Assembly: GCA_039621445.1 (NCBI GenBank)
Contig: CP154954.1
Coordinates: 28,514,417-28,578,416 of the forward strand
Direction of reading: 5' to 3'
Length of the DNA stretch: 64,000 nt
Source: Euglena gracilis
Taxonomy: Eukaryota
Shown here: positions 26,388 to 36,663 of the stretch, in pieces
Layout of the letters: each line of letters begins with the position of its first letter
How positions within the stretch are numbered: position 1 is the stretch's first letter
Notes under the pieces: model-generated
Databases searched by the model: none
What the model saw: only the letters and a program-made list of their open reading frames with translations
Told to the model about the DNA's origin: nothing
Program-made: the position numbers and the translations under genes

Positions 26388-27270
26388 TACATACATACAT
26401 ACATACATACATACATGCATACATACATGCATACATACATACATACATACATACATACATACATACATACATGCATGCATGCATGCATGCATACATACAT
26501 ACATACATACATACATACATACATACATACATACATACATGCATGCATGCATACATACATACATACATACATACATACATACATGCATACATACATACAT
26601 ACATACATGCATACATACATACATACATACATACATACATACATACATACATACATTACATTACATTACATTACATTACATTACATTACATTACATTACA
26701 TTACATTACATTACATTACATTACATTACATTACATTACATTACATTACATTACATTACATTACATTACAGAACATTACAAGGCGTTAATCCTACTCCCG
26801 TGGTCACAAGTAAGAGGCACCGTGGCTGATATATTGTTGGTTATGAACGGAGAGTGACGCCTTGCTCGTGCATTTTATTTGGCCAAAATGCTCTCATTTC
26901 AGCTCTTTTTGGTGATTTTGGTTTAATTTTGGGCTTATTGTTGGAATTTTTCGAAGTCCTTTTCCCTCATTACATTACATTACATTACATTACATTACAT
27001 TACATTACATTACATTACATTACATTACATTACATTACATTACATTACATTGCATAACATTACATTGCATTGTGTTGCATTGCGTTGCATTGCATTGCAT
27101 TGCATTGCATACATACATACATACATACATACATACATACATACATACATACATACATACATACATACACATACATACATACATACATACATACATACAT
27201 ACATACATACATACACGAATACATACATGCATACATACATGCATACATGCACACATACATACATGCACAC
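26388..27270. repeat. Compound microsatellites (TACA)n/(TGCA)n/(TTACA)n/(TTGCA)n
   Basis: Directly visible at 26388-26770 and 26968-27270. Confidence 0.97.
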
Positions 27271-27513
27271 GCATGCACCCATTCGTACACACATGGATGC
27301 GTACATAGCACGACTTTCGATGCTGGTCTGGAAATTTGATATTGCAGACTACATATACCAATCCAAATAAGCCAACCACAAAAGTCTTGAAATCCTACAA
27401 AAATATAAAACAACATTTTAAAAAGATAGGCATCTGAAACCTTTTTTGCCAATCTCTTTGTACGCTTCAAAGAAAGATAAGCATCTCCTCCAATTAAATA
27501 CAAAACTCTGTTC

Positions 27514-27566
27514 ACGATGCTTTGATTCTTCAGCCCACGAGCAAGCAGGACTGCCAAGAGCATCGC
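27514..27566 (-). CDS. FSH1-family hydrolase exon
   Basis: AMLLAVLLARGLKNQSI(V) after a pyrimidine tract + CAG; continues GFSQG in phase 0. Confidence 0.78.
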
Positions 27567-28194
27567 CTGAGGGGGCAACAAAAGGGAGGATGGAAAGAAG
27601 TTGCCCATCAAAAACTCGTGCCATACTCATGCATTTTCTTTAGGTTTTGCAGAGCCTCCTTCTGTGTGGGGGGGGGGGGGGGGGGTGCTACAGTAAACCC
27701 TGATTTCGGCTTATCCCGACCGCAACAGCACTCCTCCCATAGGATGCTGGACCCCCCAAATGGTCAGACTTTTCCCGTCCGGCACTTTTGCGCTGAAAAT
27801 TTTTTTGACAAGGAAGATGTGCTGCATGCTGAGGCCTGTGGGGGAGGGGTGGTTTGACCCCCCCACCCACTATGACAATTCACAAGCAAAAATTCCTTCG
27901 GCTCCGAAAACTGCGAAAGAAAACTGTGACCAAAATCCAAAATCGGGCCCCTGAAAAGAAACGGAAGGGGTGAGTGTGGGGGTGGGGCGGTCTCCTGCAC
28001 ACCAGGATGGGGATGAGGGTATGAACCCCATTCAGGCCTGGTGGGGTCCGATGGGCCTGGGGTGCCTGGTCTGGTGTCTTTGAGATGCTAATTCTTTCAC
28101 CGAATTTCAAAACACGAGCTATGTCGATGGGCTAGGCTAATTACTGTGTGGTCAGAAGGGGATTATCCAAAACTCAGCCGATGAAAAAGCATAC

Positions 28195-28229
28195 CCCCTG
28201 GGAGAAGCCCAGCACGGCATCAAATGGTC
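28195..28229 (-). CDS. FSH1-family hydrolase 35-nt exon (nucleophile elbow)
   Basis: (G)PFDAVLGFSQG followed by a GTATGC donor. Confidence 0.85.
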
Positions 28230-28954
28230 GAAGCAGGCGTCCGCTCCATCATATGCATAAAAAAAAAGGGATCCCTAATGCCTCATGGACGATGTTGAAG
28301 TGTGGCGGACGCCAAGTCGTCCTCTCTGTGAGTAAACTACTTAAAGGCCCCCGTGGGTACCCCGGCCAGCTGGAAAGAGGTGCGGTGCTGCCTTGACACC
28401 CCCTTCTCATGGGGGTGGGATTCAGGGGGGGACGCCATCTGCCGGGCTGGATCCAGCTGGCACCCAAAAACATGCATAAAAAGGCCCAAATCTGGCTGCG
28501 TAAGGATTTTCAACCAACCTTCAGCCGTTTTCTTCCCTCCTGCAAAATGTCCAAACCCTAAAATTTGGCGCCTTTTTACAAACACTCTCGATTACAAATT
28601 TTTGGCCTAACCCGACTGCGCTGGGCTGGGCTGGCCCCAACTTTATTTCGCTGGACCCTGAAAAAAGAATGTGCTGACAGGCTGGACCCCCCGGGGAGGG
28701 GCAGGGTATAAGACCCAGGGTCTCCCCCTTGGACCTCCTTAGGGGGGGGTCCAAACCCCAACCAACCACCCTTCCCCGGGGCGGGTGGGTCTGACGAGTA
28801 AAAAAAAAAAACAAGCCTGCTGGGGTGCCTTCTGGCAAACAAAATCCCACAATCAGCGGTGGGCAATCATGCTCGCGGACACGCGTTTGTCGAGGATGCT
28901 CCGCTGTGGTGGCAAGCGTTGATTGGGAAAGGGGGGCTTCACGGACGTCTGGGC

Positions 28955-29135
28955 CCTGGCGCTGCCACGCCTCCTCCACCATCCGGGCGGACTCCTCGAA
29001 GCCCCCGAACTCCGTCGCCTGGAACGACCGCACGCCGGGGGGCAGCGCCCACCACTCGCAGCCGCCCTTCGCGTCCCCCACCGCGTGGGGCGCCGTCAGG
29101 AACGTCCACTCCACCGCCCGCCCCGCGCCGAAGGC
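28955..29135 (-). CDS. FSH1-family hydrolase exon
   Basis: AFGAGRAVEWTFLTAPHAVGDAKGGCEWWALPPGVRSFQATEFGGFEESARMVEEAWQRQ; F..APH, WW and G.EES motifs. Confidence 0.85.
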
Positions 29136-29496
29136 CTGGGCCGGGGGAGGGCGGGTCAGCGCGGGTTGGCCAAGCAACACGCAACACGGCCGTGGGTTTG
29201 TGGTTTGGCGAAGGCAAACCGTTTTATGAATGCGCAATTAGCTGTGCCAAGAGCACACGATGTGCTGAGCAATGGTGGGGAGGTGACCTTTGCCCCCTTA
29301 AAATGTTACACCAACAAAAATAAATTCAATACCAATAAAAAATAAAACAAAGAATCCCCAAAATCCCCCGAGAGAAGTTGACCAACCATGCGCAAAAAAA
29401 ATGGAGCCCGGGAAGATATATCAATTTAGTGGGGGTAAATGAATTGCGGGGTTGAACCATTTGAAGAAGAAAGCCCTCTCAGGCAGCCAGCTGCTA

Positions 29497-30905
29497 TTAT
29501 ACATTATATTATACATTATATTATATTACATTATAGCATATTATATTATATTATATATATTATATTAGATATTATATTATATTATATTATAGATATTATA
29601 TCTTATATATATAGATTATATTATCTATTATTTATCTTATATTATATTATATTATATTCTATTATCTTATAGAGATATTACATTTCTTATCTTCTTATCT
29701 TATATACTATTATATATATATCTCTCTTATATCTTCTCTTATATTATATTATTTATTTTATTTCTTCTATTTCTTCTCTTATTCTCTTATATTCTCTTAT
29801 CTTCTCTTCTCTATTCTATTCCTATTATCTTCTCTTTCTTTCTTCTTATTCTCTTCTCTATCTTCTCTCTCTTCTATATTATATTCTATTCTCTTCTCTT
29901 CTCTTCTCTCTTTCTTTATCTTATCTCTTCTCTTCTCTCTTATTACTCTTCTCTTCTCTCTCTTTCTTATTCTCTTTCTTCCTTCTCTTTTCCTTCTCTT
30001 CTCTTCTTTCCCTTCTCTTTCTTATCTTCTCTTCTCTTTCTTCCTTCTCTTTCTTCTCTTCTTTCTCTTCTCTTCTCTTCTCTTCTCTTCTCTTCCCTTC
30101 TCTTCCCTTATTCTTATTCTCTTCTCTTCTCTTCTCTTCTCTTCTCTTCTCTTCTCTTCCCTTCTCTTCTCTTCCTTCTCTCCTCTTTCTTCTCTTCTCT
30201 TCTCTTCTCTTCTCTTCTTTATCTTCTCTCTCTTCTCTTCTTCTCTTTCTCTTCTCTTCTCTTTCTCCTCTCTCTCTCTTCTCTTTCTCTTTATCTTCTC
30301 TTCTCTCTCTTTCCTTCTCTTCTCTTCTCTTCTCTTCCCTTCTCTTCTTCCTTCCCTTCTCTTCTCCCTTCTCTTCTCTTCTTCTCTTCTTTCTCTCTTC
30401 TCTTCTTTCTCGCCTCTATTCTCTTATTCTCTCTCTTCTCTTCTCTTCTCTTCTCTTCTCTTCTCTTCTCCTCTTCTCTTCCTTCTCTTCTCTTCTCTCT
30501 GTCTCTCTCTTCTCTTCTCTTCCTTCTCTTCCCCTCTTCTCTTCTCTCTTGTCTTCTTTCTCTTCTCTTCTCTTCTCTTCTCTTCTCTCTCTTCTCTTCT
30601 CTTCTCTTCTCTTCTCTTCTCTCCTTCTCTTCTCTTCTCTTCTCTTCTCTTCTCTTCTCTTCTCTCTCTTCTCTTCTCTTCTCTTTCTTCTCTTCTCTTC
30701 TCGCCTCTTCTCTTCTCTTCTCTCTTCTCCTTCTCTTCCCTTCTTCTTCCTTCGCTTCTCTTCTCTTTCTTCTCCCTTCTCTTCTCTTCTCTTCTCTTCT
30801 CTTCTTCCCTTCTCTTCTTCTTCTTCTTCTTCTTCTCTTTTCTTCTTCTTCTTCTTCTTCTTATTCTCTTCTTCTTTCTTCTTCTTCTTTTCTTCTTTTC
30901 TTCCT
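29497..30905. repeat. Low-complexity tract grading from (TTATA)n to (TTCTC)n
   Basis: Directly visible; noisy pentamer periodicity. Confidence 0.9.
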
Positions 30906-31208
30906 TCTCACGAGAGATCTCCTGTCGTTGGACTTTTTTGGGTCCGGTGTGGTGTGTCCGTTTTTTGCTGCTTCAGCCTCGCTGTGTCACGTGAGGATGC
31001 ACCCCCATCACTTGTCTGCAATAAAAATTCTTAAAGGTGCCAATCAACCCAGGCAGGATTCCAATTTGAGGAAGGTTAGTGTTGGCCAAGGGTAGTACAT
31101 TTTGGGAAGGCGAATGTTTACTGCAAAGCAATTGCTTGTTTGATGATCATTCTCATTTGGGTTTTCCGGTCAAACACACCTCACGCATCGCCGAGAGGTA
31201 ATCCTGAC

Positions 31209-31231
31209 ATCTCTCCCGTTTCCCACTTGCC
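31209..31231 (-). CDS. FSH1-family hydrolase micro-exon (3' boundary approximate)
   Basis: GKWETGE; completes LHG after an intron whose ends form a perfect 10-bp stem. Confidence 0.6.
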
Positions 31232-31831
31232 AAAGCCAGGGAGAAGAAGGATGAAAATTACCCACCTCATTCCACAAAGCACATCTGTCAAGAGCAACCA
31301 CCCAACGGCGAAGGCAGACGACTGGGGCCCTTGCCACAAAAAAGCAATCTAATCCCGGTTTGGCGAAAGCAAACCGTTTTATGAATGCGCAATTAGCTGT
31401 GTCAAGAGCACACAATGTCCTGAGCAAAGGTGGGAGCAGTGACTTTGCCCTCTTAAAGTGTTTAGTATTCCCTTCTCTAGATGAGCACCCCCAGGATAAA
31501 AATGAGGATTCCATTTAAACAACCCCGATCACCTCCCGAGAGAATGACCAATCATGCACAAAAAAATGGAGCCTAAAAAATATGTTTGTTTTTTACGTCA
31601 TGATTAAATAATTAAAAAGAAAGCAATGAACGGTTTTTTTAGATTTCCTTTTTCTGTAACCTGTGGCAATTAAATGCTCAGCATGCCCATTAATTGGTGT
31701 TTTCTTTTTTCCATTACAAAAAACAAAACCAACGCCCTCTGCAAATCCCAAGAAAGATAAAAAACAACAGAAAATAGGAAACACAATCAACACAGGGCGA
31801 TGATCATTGGTGTTTCTTGCTTCTCCCTGTC

Positions 31832-31869
31832 ATGCAGTGCAAGAATCCGGTATGGCATCTTGTGTTGTC
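31832..31869 (-). CDS. FSH1-family hydrolase exon, start of catalytic domain
   Basis: QHKMPYRILALH after a CTGCAG acceptor; matches the family RIL.LHG motif. Confidence 0.72.
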
Positions 31870-33289
31870 CTGCAGAGGACAGCAAACAGTGGAAACAACT
31901 GGAACCTTTCCTTGATCTTCCTCCTTCAAATCTCCCTGCCCCACCAAGACACCCTTCCGGGAGTCAAACTCGACTACCCTCCGGCCTATTCAAAATTTGA
32001 CAGGAAATTTTTGTCCACTTCCATCCATTTTCATCCCAAATTCCAAAATGACTTTCCGAAATCAAATTTAACTTGCCCTCCACAAAGGCGCTGGCAAGTG
32101 ACTTGGCAGCACCGTGATACGGTGACGCTTTCGACAGTATCCCATTCTCTAGATGAGACCCCCAGATAAAAATCCGGGCTCAGTTATTTGGGTTCTTTGC
32201 TGAAAATCTTCAGGATTTTTGGTTGTTGTTTTTTTTTTGCACTGGTGATCAATATAATTAACACAAACTTATTCCACCGCCCAAAAACCATCATAGAAAA
32301 TGTTAAAAAAAAATCTTTAATTCAAAAAACTATCACCCATTTTGATAAGAATTGTACTATTTTCCTACGCAATGCCCACTGATTTTTTTTGGTACAGATT
32401 TGGTGGTTGTGTCCAAGGGGATTGTTAATGGGGACAGCAGGTTTAGACGCCACAATTCAAAAAAAAACCAAAACACCTTGCTGTACCCCTTGGTACAGCA
32501 GAAGCAGGTTGCAAGCGAAAACATTCTTCGTTTATGACTGAGGATTTCTATTTTTTCGGCCAACATAAAAATCTTCAGGAGCCTCGAAATTCAAACCAAA
32601 TGTAAGCCGTTCAATGGTTTCCCAAGGAAATCCCACCGCCATCAAAACTTCTTTGTCCCTCCTTACCATCCAGCAATTGTCCCCCGCTGATCGGAAATTG
32701 CGAAGAATTTCAATTTTTATAATTTGTGTTCATTATTATTTTCAATTTTATTCCTCCTTGGAGGGATATCAGGGGGAATTTGAAGGAGAATGGGCATACT
32801 GAATGGGTGAGTTGCACACCACGAAAAACTATATTGCGACCATCCTTGAAGCACAGCCATGCTCTGGTCGTTTTTCGCCTTCAGGTGCTGTAATCCTCCC
32901 AAATACAGAAGGCTCTGATTTTCTATTTTAGGCTGGCTTTCAAGGCCCAGGGGGGAGTTGTAATATGTGGGGATTATATTTGGGGGGGGATCAAACTCCA
33001 CCAATTCTCGGCAAAATTCCAGCTGGGAACAAGTTTGGGGCAATACTGTTCACAGTACAATGCCAGCTCCGTGACAAAAAAATGCCCTGTTTTCAGTGGG
33101 AAGGTGCAATTTCAGCATCTTCCCACTGAAAAAGGGCGGCTTTTTTGACTGAGCTGGCACCAAAGACCAAAAAATAACTTTTTCTGGGTGTTACCCCTAC
33201 TGGGGGGGGTATCGAAGTGGACGATAGGTTGGCCACGCACGGTATGCACCGGGCAGCCGGATTCTGCCTGCGCGCGCGACACACATCCT

Positions 33290-33345
33290 GCTTGCGCGCG
33301 CAGCCTCAACACCAGCCCAGCTGCCCACATTGCAAGTCCGAGCAC
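33290..33345 (-). CDS. Candidate N-terminal exon of the hydrolase (3' boundary unknown)
   Basis: CAG|VLGLAMWAAGLVLRLRAQ; phase-compatible with the donor at 34629. Confidence 0.35.
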
Positions 33346-34629
33346 CTGCCCGTTTGGAGACACTCCGAAGGGTGGAAAGGCCAAATCCCTTGTGGGGGGC
33401 CGACCGTTCGGCGGCCTTTATCTTTCCTTTCCCCCTGCCTGTTTGCCGCATTTGGAAATCGCACGGCCTGGGTTTGGGGGCGAAATCCGGCCGGCTGGTC
33501 CCGACCCTAACCCTTCACTGACCCCACATATACCGTGGCCAACCAAGTGTCCACTTTGATACCCCCCGGGGAGTATCCAAAAGTACACATGCGATATTTT
33601 TATACATTAATCCAGGAGCCTGCAGTGGGACTGCTTTTCATCGCGATCAAGAAGGAGCTGTTTTTTGTGGATTAAAAACATGTGCTCCAGTCCTGAAAAG
33701 GTTTGGCCTGTTCTCTTCTTTGAATTCAAACTCAGATGCTCACTTGCAAACTGCAAAGACGCCCCACACCCCCATTGGTAAAACTGGAAATTTTTGAATA
33801 AATGAATTCCAAACAAATGCTTCATTCACAAGTCGTCAATCCGTAATCGAAAAGAGAAATTTTCCAAGCTGCTGAAATCAATGTCACGCCACCACTATCC
33901 AAAAGCACTCCAAACTACGGCAACAACTCTCTATGAAATGTGCTCCTTCATGCCCACCCCCTGCTCTCAGAAAAAGAAAAAGCATTTTGGAACGTTGGTT
34001 CCTTTAAAGGTTGCATTGCAGATTTCCTGGTGATTGTCAAAACACATTGCACATGAACAAAACCCATTTGTGAACTTCCACAAGATTTTCTTCTTCCCAA
34101 AAAAAAAACAAAACAAATGCAAACACCGCGAAAATGGGCCACCAGGTGGGGAAAAGGCGGAAAGGGGAGATATAGCACAAACCCAGGACCCCCCAACCCC
34201 ACCACCCCCTGCCAGATCTCCTTCCTAAACCTCACCCTATCCCTAACCCTAAATACCCCACCCCCCTGACCAAACCCCCCCACCCTCTCCCGGGTTCGTG
34301 CCATGTGTGAGAAAGGGAGGGTTCAGGAGTCACCAAGGGTTTTCAAAGAAGACTGAGAAAGTACCAAATAATGATGCGCCAAATACAGATGCTTTCAGTT
34401 CAGAATCCGAGCATACAGAATAATTCATACAGAACCGGAATGCAAAAGGCTTGAATAAGAAATTTACTTCCACCTAAACCTGCATCCCATTGTGCCAGGG
34501 GCACCACAATCCTCGGCCACCTCAGTGATTTCATTGGACACACAATGTGCTTCTTACTACTAAGACTGATCCCCATCACCAGAAGGAATAGAAATACCTA
34601 CATACACCATCTCCCGTCTTGTCCCATAC

Positions 34630-34700
34630 CCGGGCTGCAGTAGGGGGGCATGCCCAGCTTGTCCTCTTCGTTCCAAATGCCAGGTTCCACTCCCACAGCC
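34630..34700 (-). CDS. Candidate N-terminal exon of the hydrolase
   Basis: AG|(G)LWEWNLAFGTKRTSWACPPTAAR|GTATGG; phase-compatible with a 70-nt GT-AG intron at 34701-34770. Confidence 0.4.
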
Positions 34701-34770
34701 CTTGAAATACCCCCAAAATGATGCCCATTTGTTCAGAACTGGTTCTTTCCCCGCAGGGCCCCACATGCAC

Positions 34771-34976
34771 CTGCCGTGGGTTCGCGTGGCATCGACACTG
34801 CGCTCTGGTCCCCCACCAAGGTGGTCATCGCCATCGATTTGGGTGCCAGGGCGTCCGGGGCCCGGGGGAAGTGCTGGAGGGCCAGGGGAGCACGGAGGAG
34901 GCGGTGGGTGGCGCCCCAAAATGCAACGGCCAGGGCAGCTGAGAGTGCGGCAACGGTCAGAGGACGGTCGCGGTGG
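34771..34976 (-). CDS. Candidate exon encoding the second hydrophobic (stop-transfer) segment of a euglenid plastid presequence
   Basis: PLTVAALSAALAVAFWGATHRLLRAPLALQHFPRAPDALAPKSMAMTTLVGDQSAVSMPREPTA|GTGCAT. Confidence 0.55.
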
Positions 34977-36424
34977 TCCACAGGGGGGGGGGGTCCAGAT
35001 TTTCGGTTTCCTAAAAGCAAAAGGCTTTGGGCACTGCTTCTTGAGCATTTTCATGAAGCAACGAAAGAAACATTTCATGAAAGAGACCATTGAAGAAAAA
35101 GAAGAGGATTACGCGCACAAAAATCACCTTCCACTTTGGTTTTCTTTTCAAACTGATGATTTTTTGAAAATGGATTTTGCCACACTTTCTGAACAAAATT
35201 GACAAACTTCGAGAAAATACCCCCCCCCCCATCCAAAGCACGAAAATGATACAAAAATGTGCCATTGGCACAGTGCGCCAGCATCAAATTCAATGGAAAA
35301 TGCACAGCAATAGCCCAGAAACGTGCCGTGGACACAGGGAGAGGGAAAGGCAAGATTGCGGGAATTGGTCGATCGACAAGAAAAATGTGCGTGATATGCA
35401 TTTTCCAAGTGGCAGTCCATGTGGAGTGTGAAGAATTCTGCTTCGATAGGGCACCACTCCAGCTGGGGCTTGTCAAGGTGCATCGTTGTTCAGCCTGCTA
35501 TGCCAAGCAATGCGCCACACAATATTGGAGTCTGGGTGTAACTTCACCTGCTTCTTTTTTTAAATACTGCCCAAGCTTATGCTATCACTGTGGACCAGCT
35601 CATGCAAATCCAATTTGAGCAACACCTGAAAATGCTAAAACCCCAACTTTAAGCAACAGGGAAAGGCTCACAACAAAACCAATTTTGTGAATTCTGAAAC
35701 TAAAATAACCAAGATTGAGAAATTGCAGTGGATTCAACCTGTCAGGAACACACAAAAAAAAAACAGTTCAAAACGAATCAAGATCACCAAAAAAAAAAAG
35801 AACAAAAACAAAAAAAAAAAAAAAAAAACAAAACACAATTGCAAAATGAAAGGGAAAATATGTCCATCCATTTGGAAAGCCAAACTTTTTTTAAAAAAAA
35901 CAAAAAAACCCAGCGATTGTGCCTTTTATCCATCTATCCATCTGTATTTGTTGGAGCCACATTATCCAAAAATGATGCAAACATCCTCTCCAACAATGGG
36001 CCCGGGTTGGAGGGAGAAGGCATCAACAGGGGGGTCTGCACAGAAGGAAACATCAACTGCCACAAACAAACAAAACCTTGAAAATCTTGGGCTCCTCTGG
36101 GTCAAACCATGACAGTGGGAAGCCACACAGAACACTTTTCTGACATAAATTTGTGGTGGATAAATGCTTGATAACGAAGACTCCACTGCAATTCCTGTTC
36201 CAACATCCCCTTTTGTGTTTTCAATCGAAAACACAATGGCAACAACACAACTTAGCTGCTCCTCAAGGGTCTCAAAATCCAAACAAAATGTGAACTGGGG
36301 GCATTTCGCCTCGAAAAGATAGCAGCCATGGCGTTTGCACCAACCCCACCAACGCTCCTCGTCCCTCCTTCCCGTTCAACAGTCGCCTTTGACCCACCAG
36401 AAGACGCAACCCGGGGGAAGCCCC

Positions 36425-36663
36425 ACATCCCCCTGGGCGGGCCGGGCCAAGACCCCGTGGGAGTGGGCCGGGGGTGGCGGCAGCGGCCGTCCGGCGGAGT
36501 GCAGCCGGGCGGGGGTGGCGACCAGGGGGGCCCCGGCCACGGGTGGCGCAGCGACCCCCGTTCCCGAGGTGGACTGCCAGGTGCCCTGGCCCCCGCCCCG
36601 GGCTGGGCCGACCAGGGCGGCGGCCAGCAGGCAGGCCAGGGCCGCGACGGCGGCGCCGCGCAT
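36425..36663 (-). CDS. Probable first exon: signal peptide + transit-peptide-like region (3' boundary approximate)
   Basis: MRGAAVAALACLLAAALVGPARGGGQGTWQSTSGTGVAAPPVAGAPLVATPARLHSAGRPLPPPPAHSHGVLARPAQG; polypyrimidine + CAG 8 nt upstream of the ATG. Confidence 0.62.

Noticed and set aside
24048-27379. MYVC/HTYI/LHYIT repeat ORFs and the 366-432 aa Gly/Pro/Arg ORFs
   Set aside because: Translations of microsatellites and CCGGG-rich repeats inside an intron.
29497-31034. Ser/Leu/Phe-rich membrane protein ORF; biological AT-to-CT gradient
   Set aside because: Pure low complexity. The gradual TTATA-to-TTCTC drift may be a basecalling or consensus artefact and needs raw reads.
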